Positions 8,401 through 15,856 are shown, numbered from the stretch's first letter. The stretch: DNA of 24,000 nucleotides from Candidatus Paracaedibacter symbiosus (GCF_000757605.1 NZ_JQAK01000001.1:1142782-1166781), one strand, 5' to 3'. A program made the numbers and translations. The notes: generated by a model not told the origin, from the sequence alone.

Positions 8401-8997
8401 GTGCTTTTTTCTATCGGCCAAGCGCTTCGCGCTAACGGTTGCCGGGTCATTTATTTTGCTGGCTATAAAAAAATGGAAGATCGTTATAAAATAGCGGAGA
8501 TCGAAATGGCAGCTGATCAGATTGTTTGGACCTGCGATGAAGCCCCAGGGTTTATTCCTTCCCGTCCCCAGGACTTAACCTTTGTGGGGAATATCGTTGC
8601 AGCCATGGAAGCTTATGCCAAAGGTGATTTAGGTCAAAGGTTAGTACCGCTGCATGATGTGCAACGTCTCGTTGCTATTGGATCTGACCGCATGATGGCC
8701 GCCATTGCCAAAGCCCGTAAAACCATTCTCAAGCCTTACTTAGATCCGGATCACATTGGCATTGGGAGCATCAACTCTCCGATGCAATGTATGATGAAAG
8801 AAATATGCGCTCAGTGCCTCCAACGTCACGTTGAACCTCTCACCGGCGAAGAAAAGATTATCTATTCTTGTTCGCAACAAGACCAAAAACTTGACTGGGT
8901 TGACTGGGATAATCTGAATATACGGTTGCGCCAAAATAGCGTTCAAGAAAAACTCACGAAAGAATGGATTCGTTATTGCTTGGAAATCGATACCTAA
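5461..8997 (+). CDS. large multidomain Fe-S flavoprotein: uncharacterised N-terminal domain + GltD/NfnB-like domain + PyrK/NfnA-like domain
   Basis: The ORF is uninterrupted for 1178 codons. The GltD-type Cys pattern is CIWCHH..C..GCPLEEKI..NP..GHRICNDCMKACI. Dinucleotide folds are VVGTGPAGF and VVIGGGLTAIDTA. The C-terminal third resembles a PyrK/FNR-like module (RLTPTIVEV.., LLAGGGLGNAVL) ending in C-x6-C-x2-C-x17-C. The start is uncertain: TTG 5461 has AAGGAG 8 nt upstream, and the alternatives ATG 5530 and 5548 lack an SD. Confidence 0.7.
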   Translation: MAYAPHNDSIWFLKSEPSTTFNYMSFGLKMSASTNFLSLSFGLSFTDLYHNSGLKKLDTCFQDFLSGQDPELGVAYQFHRQNPTDDKSASELFLTLAPYVEDFIGELFQIRHEINALQQQHQTLAVVPQIKRQFVQRQALRKYSKDIAATLDGSQIREQLEKSIHPFTEITFARIVDEWLKNESAHQEQLNLAAQYAAWATLTPAGRYFHRQDILFQQPEKLDFQNLIPFHLMDDFKQGLLDHRRNRVGFDLTDAGFSRLKALDQANYCIWCHHQSKDSCSKGLKPKTEATDKFIKNWAGINLTGCPLEEKISEMNESKAKGFTLAALAIATIDNPMVAATGHRICNDCMKACIYQKQEPVNIPGLETQILKDVLELPWGFEIYSLLTRWNPLNLKRPLPMAESGYKVLVVGTGPAGFTLAHHLLNDGHAVVAIDGLKIEPLPVNQSGVDIQGQRHPFAPIYSVKELQEKLGARITGGFGGVAEYGITVRWDKNYLKMIRLLLERRENFALFGGIRFGGTLSIDQAFAMGFDHIALCMGAGSPTLIPMKNSLAIGVRQASDFLMALQLTGAAKEESIANLQVRLPAVVIGGGLTAIDTATETMAYYPLQVEKFYKRYQQLCQTQNETQLRSQWLESELVIVDEYLTHGAAIVAESQAAAIEGRQPNFQRLINEWGGVTVAYRRDVTQAPSYTLNHEEVAIALEEGIQILDHAIPISVNIDAAGQAESLTIQHLDQEQILPARTILVAAGTKPNINLKYDELNYLSFAGNSFQAYDEAGHPVTPQKLAKPDTPHVLMSILDNQKSISFFGDMHPSFAGNVVKAMGSAKQGYPVISRMLHRRPVDKEVPAPLLIDSLNQQLRATVYAITRLTPTIVEVTIHAPLAARNFQPGQFYRLQNFETFAPVRKGTRFVMEGLALTGASVDLEKGLLSTIVLEMGGSSNLCTLLHPGDPVVLMGPTGAPTEIPHNETVLLAGGGLGNAVLFSIGQALRANGCRVIYFAGYKKMEDRYKIAEIEMAADQIVWTCDEAPGFIPSRPQDLTFVGNIVAAMEAYAKGDLGQRLVPLHDVQRLVAIGSDRMMAAIAKARKTILKPYLDPDHIGIGSINSPMQCMMKEICAQCLQRHVEPLTGEEKIIYSCSQQDQKLDWVDWDNLNIRLRQNSVQEKLTKEWIRYCLEIDT

Positions 8998-9503
8998 ATA
9001 ACCTGAAGGGATGATAGTATATCAATTTGATAAGCTCCAATTCCCTATCATTATGGACTTCAACAAAGAGAACATGGGGATATTGCGCTTTTATAGTTTG
9101 TAGCTGGTTATGTACCCGAGGTTCAAATCTCCACGTATAGGTGAGCAATTTCCAGGAAATAACTTCAGGGCAATTATCTGCCCGATCTTGAATACTGTGA
9201 TCTTTGAAAAAGCGTCGCTTCAAAACACGGTAGAAACATAAGGTTTTTGGAAAGTCAAAATAAAGTGCAAGGTCAGCCTTTGCATAACGCATCGCCAACG
9301 ACCTTGTACAGTTCTCATCAATAATTAATCCAGCAATCTTGAGCGACCAACTTTCGCTGAATTTCTAAAAACTCAGCTTCGTCACGTTCAACCCAGTTTT
9401 CGATGAAAAAATAACGATCAAGATGATAGAGGGGAATTCCAGTTTGATGACACAACTGTTTGGCAAAGGTCGATTTGCCGCTCTCTGGACGACCAAAGAT
9501 CAT
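8954..9503 (-). pseudogene. P-loop NTPase (adenylate-kinase-like / topology-modulation FlaR-like family) disrupted by a 1-nt frameshift
   Basis: The N-terminal ORF (9318-9503) has Walker A GRPESGKST and ends ..DCWINY*. The next ORF (8954-9298) continues the family pattern in another frame. A frame read across 9321-9335 gives ..LIIDENCTRSLAMRYAKADL.., so a single indel in the attaattatt run restores one protein of about 180 aa. Confidence 0.6.
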
Positions 9504-9510
9504 TATCCGC

Positions 9511-10242
9511 TTAAATATTGTGATAATTACGCTTTAAAGCTTCCCATTCTAATTGGCCCGCGGGACGAAAATCATCACCAAATTGCTGAGCTGTATGTTC
9601 AGCAACCTCAGCTGACAAAATTTTTAACGGCTGGTAAGTGCTTTGCGCCACCAACTGCGCTGCGGCTGCTTTTTCTAAAAAAAACATCAAGGTAAAGGCT
9701 TCGCCAATCGTGCGGCCAGCCGTTAAGAATCCGTGATTTTTCAAAATCATCACCCGCTTGTTACCCAGATCTTCTAGCAACCGCGGCCTCTCGTCTTCCG
9801 ACAGAACAATCCCTTCATACTCATGGAAAGCGATCCGATTGTAAAATCGACACGCATGTTGAGTTAAGGGGAGCAATCCACACTCAAGCGCGGACAATGC
9901 CATTCCTGCCTCAGAATGGGTGTGAATCACACATGTGATTTCCGGCCTGGCGCCATGAATCGCTCCATGAATCATATAACCCGCAAGATTAATCCGAGCA
10001 TTCACGGGGGCAATGACATTCCCAGCTAAATCAATTTTGACGAGATTTTCGGGAGTGATTTCTTCAAATAGCAAGCCAAACTGATTAATCAAAAAATACT
10101 CTGTTCCTGGAATTTGCAAGGAAATGTGGGTATAAATTAAGTCGGTCCACCCTAATTTAGCGGCCAAGCGATAGCAAAAGGCCAGTTCTTCACGTGCTTG
10201 ACCTTCAACGCTCGACCAGGACTTAGAAGCCACTATTTGCAT
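9511..10242 (-). CDS. class II aldolase/adducin N-terminal domain family protein
   Basis: 243 aa starting from MQIVASK. Family blocks are GWTDLIYTHISLQIPG and VIHTHSEAGMALS. AAAGGGA lies 4-8 nt upstream of the ATG at 10242. The track start at 10269 has no RBS. The gene overlaps the end of the ABC gene by 20 nt. Confidence 0.75.
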   Translation of the reverse strand: MQIVASKSWSSVEGQAREELAFCYRLAAKLGWTDLIYTHISLQIPGTEYFLINQFGLLFEEITPENLVKIDLAGNVIAPVNARINLAGYMIHGAIHGARPEITCVIHTHSEAGMALSALECGLLPLTQHACRFYNRIAFHEYEGIVLSEDERPRLLEDLGNKRVMILKNHGFLTAGRTIGEAFTLMFFLEKAAAAQLVAQSTYQPLKILSAEVAEHTAQQFGDDFRPAGQLEWEALKRNYHNI

Positions 10243-12064
10243 GTCCCTTTTGCCTGATGTTTTTGACATCTAGGGAATCCGTAAATTGCAAAGTTGCGAG
10301 CCGACGATACAAACCGTCTTCACTAATCAGCTCCGCGTGGGTCCCCATTGCCTCAATCCGCCCTTCGTTCAAAACAACGATGCGATCTGCCTTCAACACG
10401 GTGGCGAGACGATGCGCCACTACTAACGTGGTACGATTTGACATTAATTTTTTAAAGCTTTCCTGAACCAAAAATTCACTTTCCGCGTCAAGTGCACTGG
10501 TTGCCTCATCAAGCAATAAAATCGGTGCGTCTCGTAAAAACACCCGAGCGATGGCCAAGCGTTGCTTTTGCCCACCTGACAACCGCACGCCCCGTGTCCC
10601 GAGGGGAGTATGGATTCCTTGCGGTAAAGTTTGGATAAAATCGACCATATTAGCCGCTTCGGCTGCTTTCCAGACTTCAGATTCACTGGCATTGGGTCGG
10701 CCAAACAAAATATTGTCATAGAGCGAAGCTGAATAAATCATCGGGTCTTGGGGAACAATGCCAAAGCGTTCCCGCAAATCTTCAACCCGCACCTCTTTTG
10801 TATCCACCCCATCTACATAAATACTCCCCGATAAGGGGTCAAAAAAGCGCAATAATAGCGATAAGATAGTGCTTTTCCCTGATCCAGATGGGCCGACAAT
10901 CGCCAGCTTTTCTCCCGGCGCAATCGACAACGACAAATTCTTCAACACTTGGACTGTGGGATTATTGGAATAGGCGAAGGTGATGTTATGGAAGGCCACA
11001 ATGCCGCGAGAAGGTGCCGGCAACTTGCGGGGTGCCTCGAGCACCAAAACAGAGGACTTAGCCTGGAGAATATCGGAAAGCCGTTCAAAAGCCCCTGCTG
11101 CGCGTTGCATGTCGGCATAAATCTCGCTAAAGGAGGCCAGCGATCCAGCCGTCATCACAGCATAAAAAATAAAAGAGGATAATTCACCTGCGGTTAAGCC
11201 TTCTGTCAACACATCATAACCACCGATCCATAACACAAAACAAACACCAGAAAACACTAATATCATCACAATAAAGGTGAGCCACGATTTCATCCGCATC
11301 CGAGTGACGGCACAATAAAAATTTGATTCACTAAGCTTTGCAAAATTGTGGATATCACTGAGTTCGCGGTTAAAGGCATAACAGGCGCGAATATTACTTA
11401 ACGTTTCCTCTAAATAGCCAGAAAGGTTAGCCAACTGTTCTTGCGTTTGGGTCGAGAGCTGTTTGACGCGTTTACCAAAAATCAAAATCGGTACCAACAC
11501 CACTGGGACAATCAAACAAGTAAGAAGGGATAGTTTTGCTGAAGTAGTCAGCATCAAAGCCATCCCCCCAACAAACATAAGCGCATTTCGAATGGCCAAA
11601 GCGCCCGAAGTCCCAATCAAAATCTGAATTAAGGTTGTGTCGGTTGTCAAGCGGGCGGTCAATTCACCCGGACGAATCATCTCATAATAGGCAACATCTA
11701 ATTGCAATAAATGGCGATAAAGTTTCTGGCGAAGATCCGTCATGATTCGTTCTCCTAACCAGGAGACATAATATGTCCGGCCAAAACTCGCAAATGCCAT
11801 CAACACCACACAGCCTAACATGAGGATGACCGTTGAGGTCAGAGCTTGCATATTTTCTGTGGCAAATCCACTATCAATTAATTGACGCAAGCAACAACCA
11901 AGCCCCAAGAGGGACGCGGTGGCGAGAACAAGGAATAAGCTTGCCAGCCAAAATTGCAGTCTGTAGGGTTTCAAAAAAGGAGCCAATTGCTTTAAAATCG
12001 ACAGATTTTTGCTTTTCTCGCGCTCTGCGATCTCAGACATTTCAACAAAACTTCTTTCACGCAT
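10223..12064 (-). CDS. ABCB-type half transporter (fused TMD-NBD exporter, MsbA/Atm1/Mdl1-like)
   Basis: 613 aa with a 6-TM N-terminal half. NBD motifs are Walker A GPSGSGKST, signature LSGGQKQR, Walker B ILLLDEATSALD and H-loop VVAHRL. The ATG at 12062-12064 overlaps the cyaY stop (TAATG). The subfamily cannot be fixed by eye. Confidence 0.8.
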   Translation of the reverse strand: MRERSFVEMSEIAEREKSKNLSILKQLAPFLKPYRLQFWLASLFLVLATASLLGLGCCLRQLIDSGFATENMQALTSTVILMLGCVVLMAFASFGRTYYVSWLGERIMTDLRQKLYRHLLQLDVAYYEMIRPGELTARLTTDTTLIQILIGTSGALAIRNALMFVGGMALMLTTSAKLSLLTCLIVPVVLVPILIFGKRVKQLSTQTQEQLANLSGYLEETLSNIRACYAFNRELSDIHNFAKLSESNFYCAVTRMRMKSWLTFIVMILVFSGVCFVLWIGGYDVLTEGLTAGELSSFIFYAVMTAGSLASFSEIYADMQRAAGAFERLSDILQAKSSVLVLEAPRKLPAPSRGIVAFHNITFAYSNNPTVQVLKNLSLSIAPGEKLAIVGPSGSGKSTILSLLLRFFDPLSGSIYVDGVDTKEVRVEDLRERFGIVPQDPMIYSASLYDNILFGRPNASESEVWKAAEAANMVDFIQTLPQGIHTPLGTRGVRLSGGQKQRLAIARVFLRDAPILLLDEATSALDAESEFLVQESFKKLMSNRTTLVVAHRLATVLKADRIVVLNEGRIEAMGTHAELISEDGLYRRLATLQFTDSLDVKNIRQKGHANSGF

Positions 12065-12378
12065 TAGAACTCGACTGTTTCCTTAAATAGTTGCTGCATA
12101 TCCGCACTCAAAATTTCAAACAATGACAATTCAGTACGAGTCGATACCCACGCGGTGCCATTCCATTGAAAATGGTGTGCCCCCGTTGCAGGTGATGATA
12201 ACCACATTTGATTGGTTGGGCCATGAAAATTTAGTAAAAAAGTTTGACGCCTATCGTCGCAGATGGTCAATTGAAGGCCGGTAAGCTCTATATCGAGATC
12301 AGTCTGAGCTTCTAAATGATCAGCAAGATGGTGAAGAGTTTGTTGAGCGATTGAATCAAAACTATCGAAAGACATCAT
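12064..12378 (-). CDS. cyaY: frataxin homolog CyaY (iron-binding Fe-S assembly protein)
   Basis: 104 aa. It aligns by eye along its length with E. coli CyaY as recalled: an acidic N-terminal helix (LHHLADHLEAQTDLDIE), then NQMWLSS..GAHHF, with a comparable length. Confidence 0.8.
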   Translation of the reverse strand: MMSFDSFDSIAQQTLHHLADHLEAQTDLDIELTGLQLTICDDRRQTFLLNFHGPTNQMWLSSPATGAHHFQWNGTAWVSTRTELSLFEILSADMQQLFKETVEF

Positions 12379-12397
12379 TGCATATGCTTTGGTTGAA

Positions 12398-12473
12398 TGG
12401 TGGAGCCAAGGAGGATCGAACTCCTGACCTCTACAATGCCATCGTAGCGCTCTCCCAGCTGAGCTATGACCCC
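12398..12473 (-). tRNA. tRNA-Ala (anticodon GGC), CCA encoded
   Basis: The reverse complement folds as a 76-nt cloverleaf: acceptor GGGGUCA/UGGCUCC with the G3:U70 alanine identity pair, D arm GCUC/GAGC, anticodon stem CUACG/UGUAG with loop AUGGCAU, and T arm AGGAG-UUCGAUC-CUCCU, ending in ACCA. Confidence 0.95.
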
Positions 12474-12572
12474 ACGTCTATGTCCACAAATAATACGTAA
12501 TCGCCCACTTTGCAAGTGTTTTTTAAAAAAGAGTTGGGAGATTTGATGCTGTAATGGTCCATAAATTATTGG

Positions 12573-12627
12573 AACGCAAGAGAGGGGAGAAATATTTCTC
12601 TAGGTTTTTAAGCCTCTATTTCCCCCC
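12573..12627 (-). terminator. possible terminator hairpin downstream of the channel gene
   Basis: ggggagaaata (12584-12594) pairs with tatttcccccc (12617-12627), 11 bp with one mismatch. On the minus strand the 3' arm is followed by tctcttgcgtt. A nested palindrome gagaaatatttctc is also present. Confidence 0.35.
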
Positions 12628-12658
12628 AATATTTTTTAACCTTTTTTGATAGAACTTA

Positions 12659-13513
12659 CTATTTCTTCAAATCTTTTACTTCTTGTTTGAGCTTTTGAAT
12701 CTCGTGCAGCAATATTTTTGTTTCTGCAGAAATATGATGTTGCTCTTCTTCTGAAGTATGGTCGCCCTTCAACCATTTGGCGAAGAAATGATGCTTGGCA
12801 ACGTGTTCTTCCTCAGCATGTTGGCGCATAAGTGCTCCAATCACAATTCCAAAAACCAATTGCAGCAATAGGAAGTTTAAAACGATAATCATCGGTACAA
12901 CAAAAACCCAAGCATAGGGCGTTGTTTTGGAAAGTTCTGCTAATTGATCCGACCAAGTATGCTCCATCATCACTGATTTGAAGATAGTGATCATTGCTCC
13001 CCAAATAGTACCATACATTTCAGGGTGATCTGCGCCAAAACAAGCCATACCAAGAAGGGCAAAAATATACACAGCAACAAACATCAGCACAGCTGTTGAA
13101 ACCAGGTGGGGAATCGCTTTACCAATAGCATCCACAATATGTTGGAACTGCGGAAATATGGACACAAGACGCAATAACCAAAACAGCCTAAAAGCTCGGA
13201 ATAATTGGAAATAACCACCGAAAGAAATTAAAGATACGATAATGACGACAAAATCGAAAACATGCCAAGGATCCTTAAAGAACGCTGGACCATGAGCAAT
13301 AATTCGAGCAACTATTTCAATAGTAAAAACAACCACTACTAGGCGGTTAAATAGAAAAACTGCGTGGGCCAAACCTTCTGTTTGTGTTGTTGACAGTTCA
13401 TAGCCAATACTGAAAATACTGAGGATCAGTAAAGCCGTCAGAGCCACATGATAAGAGTGGCTTTCGAAAAATGCCCCTAACTTTTCTCTAAAATTTTGTG
13501 CATGGGGTGTCAT
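12659..13513 (-). CDS. voltage-gated ion channel family protein (single 6-TM domain, BacNaV-like) with C-terminal coiled coil
   Basis: The protein aligns without gaps by eye to recalled NavAb/NaChBac from FFKDPW through PYAWVF. The S4-like segment is FRAFRLFWLLRLV. The pore region is IFKSVMMEHTWSDQ. The tail is heptad-like (ILLHEIQKLKQEVKDLKK). I prefer the ATG at 13513 (GAGG 5 nt upstream) over the track TTG at 13561. Confidence 0.75.
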   Translation of the reverse strand: MTPHAQNFREKLGAFFESHSYHVALTALLILSIFSIGYELSTTQTEGLAHAVFLFNRLVVVVFTIEIVARIIAHGPAFFKDPWHVFDFVVIIVSLISFGGYFQLFRAFRLFWLLRLVSIFPQFQHIVDAIGKAIPHLVSTAVLMFVAVYIFALLGMACFGADHPEMYGTIWGAMITIFKSVMMEHTWSDQLAELSKTTPYAWVFVVPMIIVLNFLLLQLVFGIVIGALMRQHAEEEHVAKHHFFAKWLKGDHTSEEEQHHISAETKILLHEIQKLKQEVKDLKK

Positions 13514-13588
13514 AATAACCTCGATAATAGGGTACTTCTCTCCCCAAGTATAGAATTCCAAGGTTAATAAAAGGTTAATGAAAAAAAC

Positions 13589-14479
13589 TTAAGAGATTAA
13601 TGCTTTATGGATAGTCAATGCGTTATGACGAATCATCTCCATGTAAGTTTTAGCGGGTGACTCTGAGGCCTTGGAATCCGACAAGGAATCGGCGTACAAA
13701 ACCCCTCCAATGACAACATTGGCTTCCATAGCGATTTGCTCAATCAATTTACGAGATGACAGATTTTCAATAAAGACAGCGTGAATATCTTGCTTTTTAA
13801 TCGTTTTAATAAGCTCGGCAATTTTGGCTGCTGATGGTTCTGCATCAGTACTCACCCCCACAGGAGATAGGAATTCAATCCCATAGGCAACTCCAAAATA
13901 AGCAAAGGCATCATGGGTGGTAATCACCTTACGTTTGTCAGATGGGATGGCATTAAACTCAGCTTGTACCCAAGCATCCAAGGCCTCAAGTTCTTTTATA
14001 TAGTTAAGCGCTCTTTTTTCGAGGATGTCTGTTTGCTGAGGTAATTTTTGCTGCAATGCTGTTTTAATTTCACCAACGTACAAAATAACGTTTTTCACAT
14101 TATGCCAGGCATGGGGATCTTCAGCCGCCACACCGTTGGAATCATGTAACACGCGAGATTTAACCTGTTTTGCAGCAATGATAACTTCGCTTTTATAACC
14201 AGAATTAGAAATTAAACGGTCAAACCATCCTTCAAACCCAAGACCATTGACGATTACAAGGTCAGCCTGATTTAGTTTTTTGACATCGAGCGGTTTAGGC
14301 TGATAAACATGAGGGTCGGCATTTTCGGGAACGATGATGTCAACCTCTACATCATCCCCACCAATTTGACGCGCAAGATCGCCCAGAACAGAAAAGCTAG
14401 CCACAACTTTGAGTTTAGCCTCAGCCGACGAAGCAATCACTCCACAGGCTAATATAAGGCTTATAAGTTGGTTGATCAT
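13589..14479 (-). CDS. periplasmic metal-binding protein, cluster A-I SBP (ZnuA/TroA/PsaA family)
   Basis: 296 aa with a signal peptide (..ASSAEA|KLKV). Family blocks are DPHVYQP, DPHAWHN, TTHDAFAYFG and LYADSLS, giving a His/His/His/Asp ligand pattern. There is no His-rich loop. Confidence 0.8.
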   Translation of the reverse strand: MINQLISLILACGVIASSAEAKLKVVASFSVLGDLARQIGGDDVEVDIIVPENADPHVYQPKPLDVKKLNQADLVIVNGLGFEGWFDRLISNSGYKSEVIIAAKQVKSRVLHDSNGVAAEDPHAWHNVKNVILYVGEIKTALQQKLPQQTDILEKRALNYIKELEALDAWVQAEFNAIPSDKRKVITTHDAFAYFGVAYGIEFLSPVGVSTDAEPSAAKIAELIKTIKKQDIHAVFIENLSSRKLIEQIAMEANVVIGGVLYADSLSDSKASESPAKTYMEMIRHNALTIHKALIS

Positions 14480-14493
14480 TTTAAAAAACTCTT

Positions 14494-15657
14494 TTATAGA
14501 ACAAAAACTCTACAAACCTTCATTAATCCACTAATTCCCAACGTAATCCAAAAAGGGAATTTACCTTGTCGCATATCAAACAATTTGTTGCAAATGTTTG
14601 TGATCGCTAAGGCAATAAGCGCTGGGTAGGCTACTTCTAAAACAGTGCCAAGCAATTCACAAATTTTGGCGAAACCAAGCAAGGAAACACCAAAAGTTGT
14701 TCCAAGAGAGACGAAAATCGATTGAGGGCGGGTAATTTTTTGTCGCAGCACATCATCGCGCAGAAAATCAACAAATAAGGTTGACAAGATTACAGCAGTT
14801 GCAAGACAAGCGACTGCCATGGTTAAACTGATGATTGGCAACGCATAATCACCAAGAGTATGTTGAGCAACAACTGCTAACATCGCCTCGGGTTGTGCCG
14901 TGGTGAGGAATGCTGAATACTTGGCCCCTAAAGTGACAAATCCAATATAGGCGAAAGACAAGATCGAAGCACCGATGAGGCTTGCGGCAATACTCAACTT
15001 TAACAACGTCATACGCCCAACATCTGGCCCCAGATTATTGCGTAGATAAATAACAGTTGTTGATGAAAAGAAGAACGCCGCCATTAAATCCATGGTTTGA
15101 TAGCCAAGGGTTAATCCGCTGGTAAAGGCAGCTTTGGCAGATAAATCCGTTGCAGCAGTTGGTTCACCAAACCAAAGACCGACCAGCAACAATAACATCA
15201 ACCCACCAAGTTTAAAAGGTGTCAATAATAAGCCAATTAAATCAATAACTTTATTAGCCTGCCAAATAAGCGCAGCAATTGACACACAGAAGAAAAAGCT
15301 AAAAACATAGTATGGAAGCCAAGGAAAGAGAACACTAACGCTACCATAAGCAACTGTAATACATCGTGGCACAACACCAAACGGACCCATTAAGCTGAGC
15401 ATCATCGCAATGAGAAGAAATGACGGAACCTTCCCTAATTTTTCAAAATACTTCTTAGTACTGCCATCATAAAGAATCATTCCTAAAAGCCCAAGAAAAG
15501 GAACGATTACAGCCGTGACAATTAAACCAACAATTGAAAAAGGATAAGCACTTATGGTTTGTTGACCAAGGAGCAAAGGAAAAACCAGGTTTCCAGAACC
15601 AAAAAACATCGAAAACATGGCAAAACCAGCGGTCAAAACCATTTTTTTGTGAGACAT
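14494..15657 (-). CDS. brnQ: branched-chain amino acid transport system II carrier (LIVCS family)
   Basis: 387 aa and polytopic. The N-terminal signature is FAMFSMFFGSGNLVFPLLLG. GGAG lies 7 nt upstream of the ATG. Confidence 0.8.
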   Translation of the reverse strand: MSHKKMVLTAGFAMFSMFFGSGNLVFPLLLGQQTISAYPFSIVGLIVTAVIVPFLGLLGMILYDGSTKKYFEKLGKVPSFLLIAMMLSLMGPFGVVPRCITVAYGSVSVLFPWLPYYVFSFFFCVSIAALIWQANKVIDLIGLLLTPFKLGGLMLLLLVGLWFGEPTAATDLSAKAAFTSGLTLGYQTMDLMAAFFFSSTTVIYLRNNLGPDVGRMTLLKLSIAASLIGASILSFAYIGFVTLGAKYSAFLTTAQPEAMLAVVAQHTLGDYALPIISLTMAVACLATAVILSTLFVDFLRDDVLRQKITRPQSIFVSLGTTFGVSLLGFAKICELLGTVLEVAYPALIALAITNICNKLFDMRQGKFPFWITLGISGLMKVCRVFVL

Positions 15658-15827
15658 TAGTCACTCCAAAAATATCATAAAATTAAAAAAAATTTCAGTT
15701 TATTGTGATATCAATATAAAATATTATGTCCTCCACGGGACAATTATGGTCACCGCATTGCTGCTAATCGCGATGTTCGGGAAAATGATCGATTTATTTT
15801 TAGACAGTTCGTAGCTCATGATAGCCA

Positions 15828-15856
15828 TTTTTAATAAATTGATAATAATCTGTCAA
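15828..15856 (-). promoter_or_regulatory. candidate promoter for brnQ
   Basis: The minus strand reads TTGACA (15856-15851), a 17-nt spacer, then TAAAAA (15833-15828). This would give a leader of about 160 nt. Confidence 0.3.

Noticed and set aside
7675-8450. Minus-strand ORFs of 99 and 104 aa (7675-7974, 8136-8450) inside the large flavoprotein gene. Similar antisense ORFs occur at 214-420, 605-811, 4310-4787, 6282-7156, 7393-7665, 10444-10719, 17995-18324, 18957-19316, 20464-20712, 21324-21579 and 22210-22962.
   Set aside because: All lie wholly inside long ORFs with strong family motifs on the opposite strand. Their translations are low-complexity or Arg/Ser/Pro-rich with no recognisable motifs and no RBS. 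They are typical shadow ORFs.
12474-12540. Promoter for tRNA-Ala: TTGCAA followed by TATTAT/TATTTG on the minus strand.
   Set aside because: TTGCAA is present, but the spacing to the best -10-like hexamer (TATTAT) is only 14 nt, and the 17-nt alternative (TATTTG) is a poor -10. This is not strong enough to annotate.
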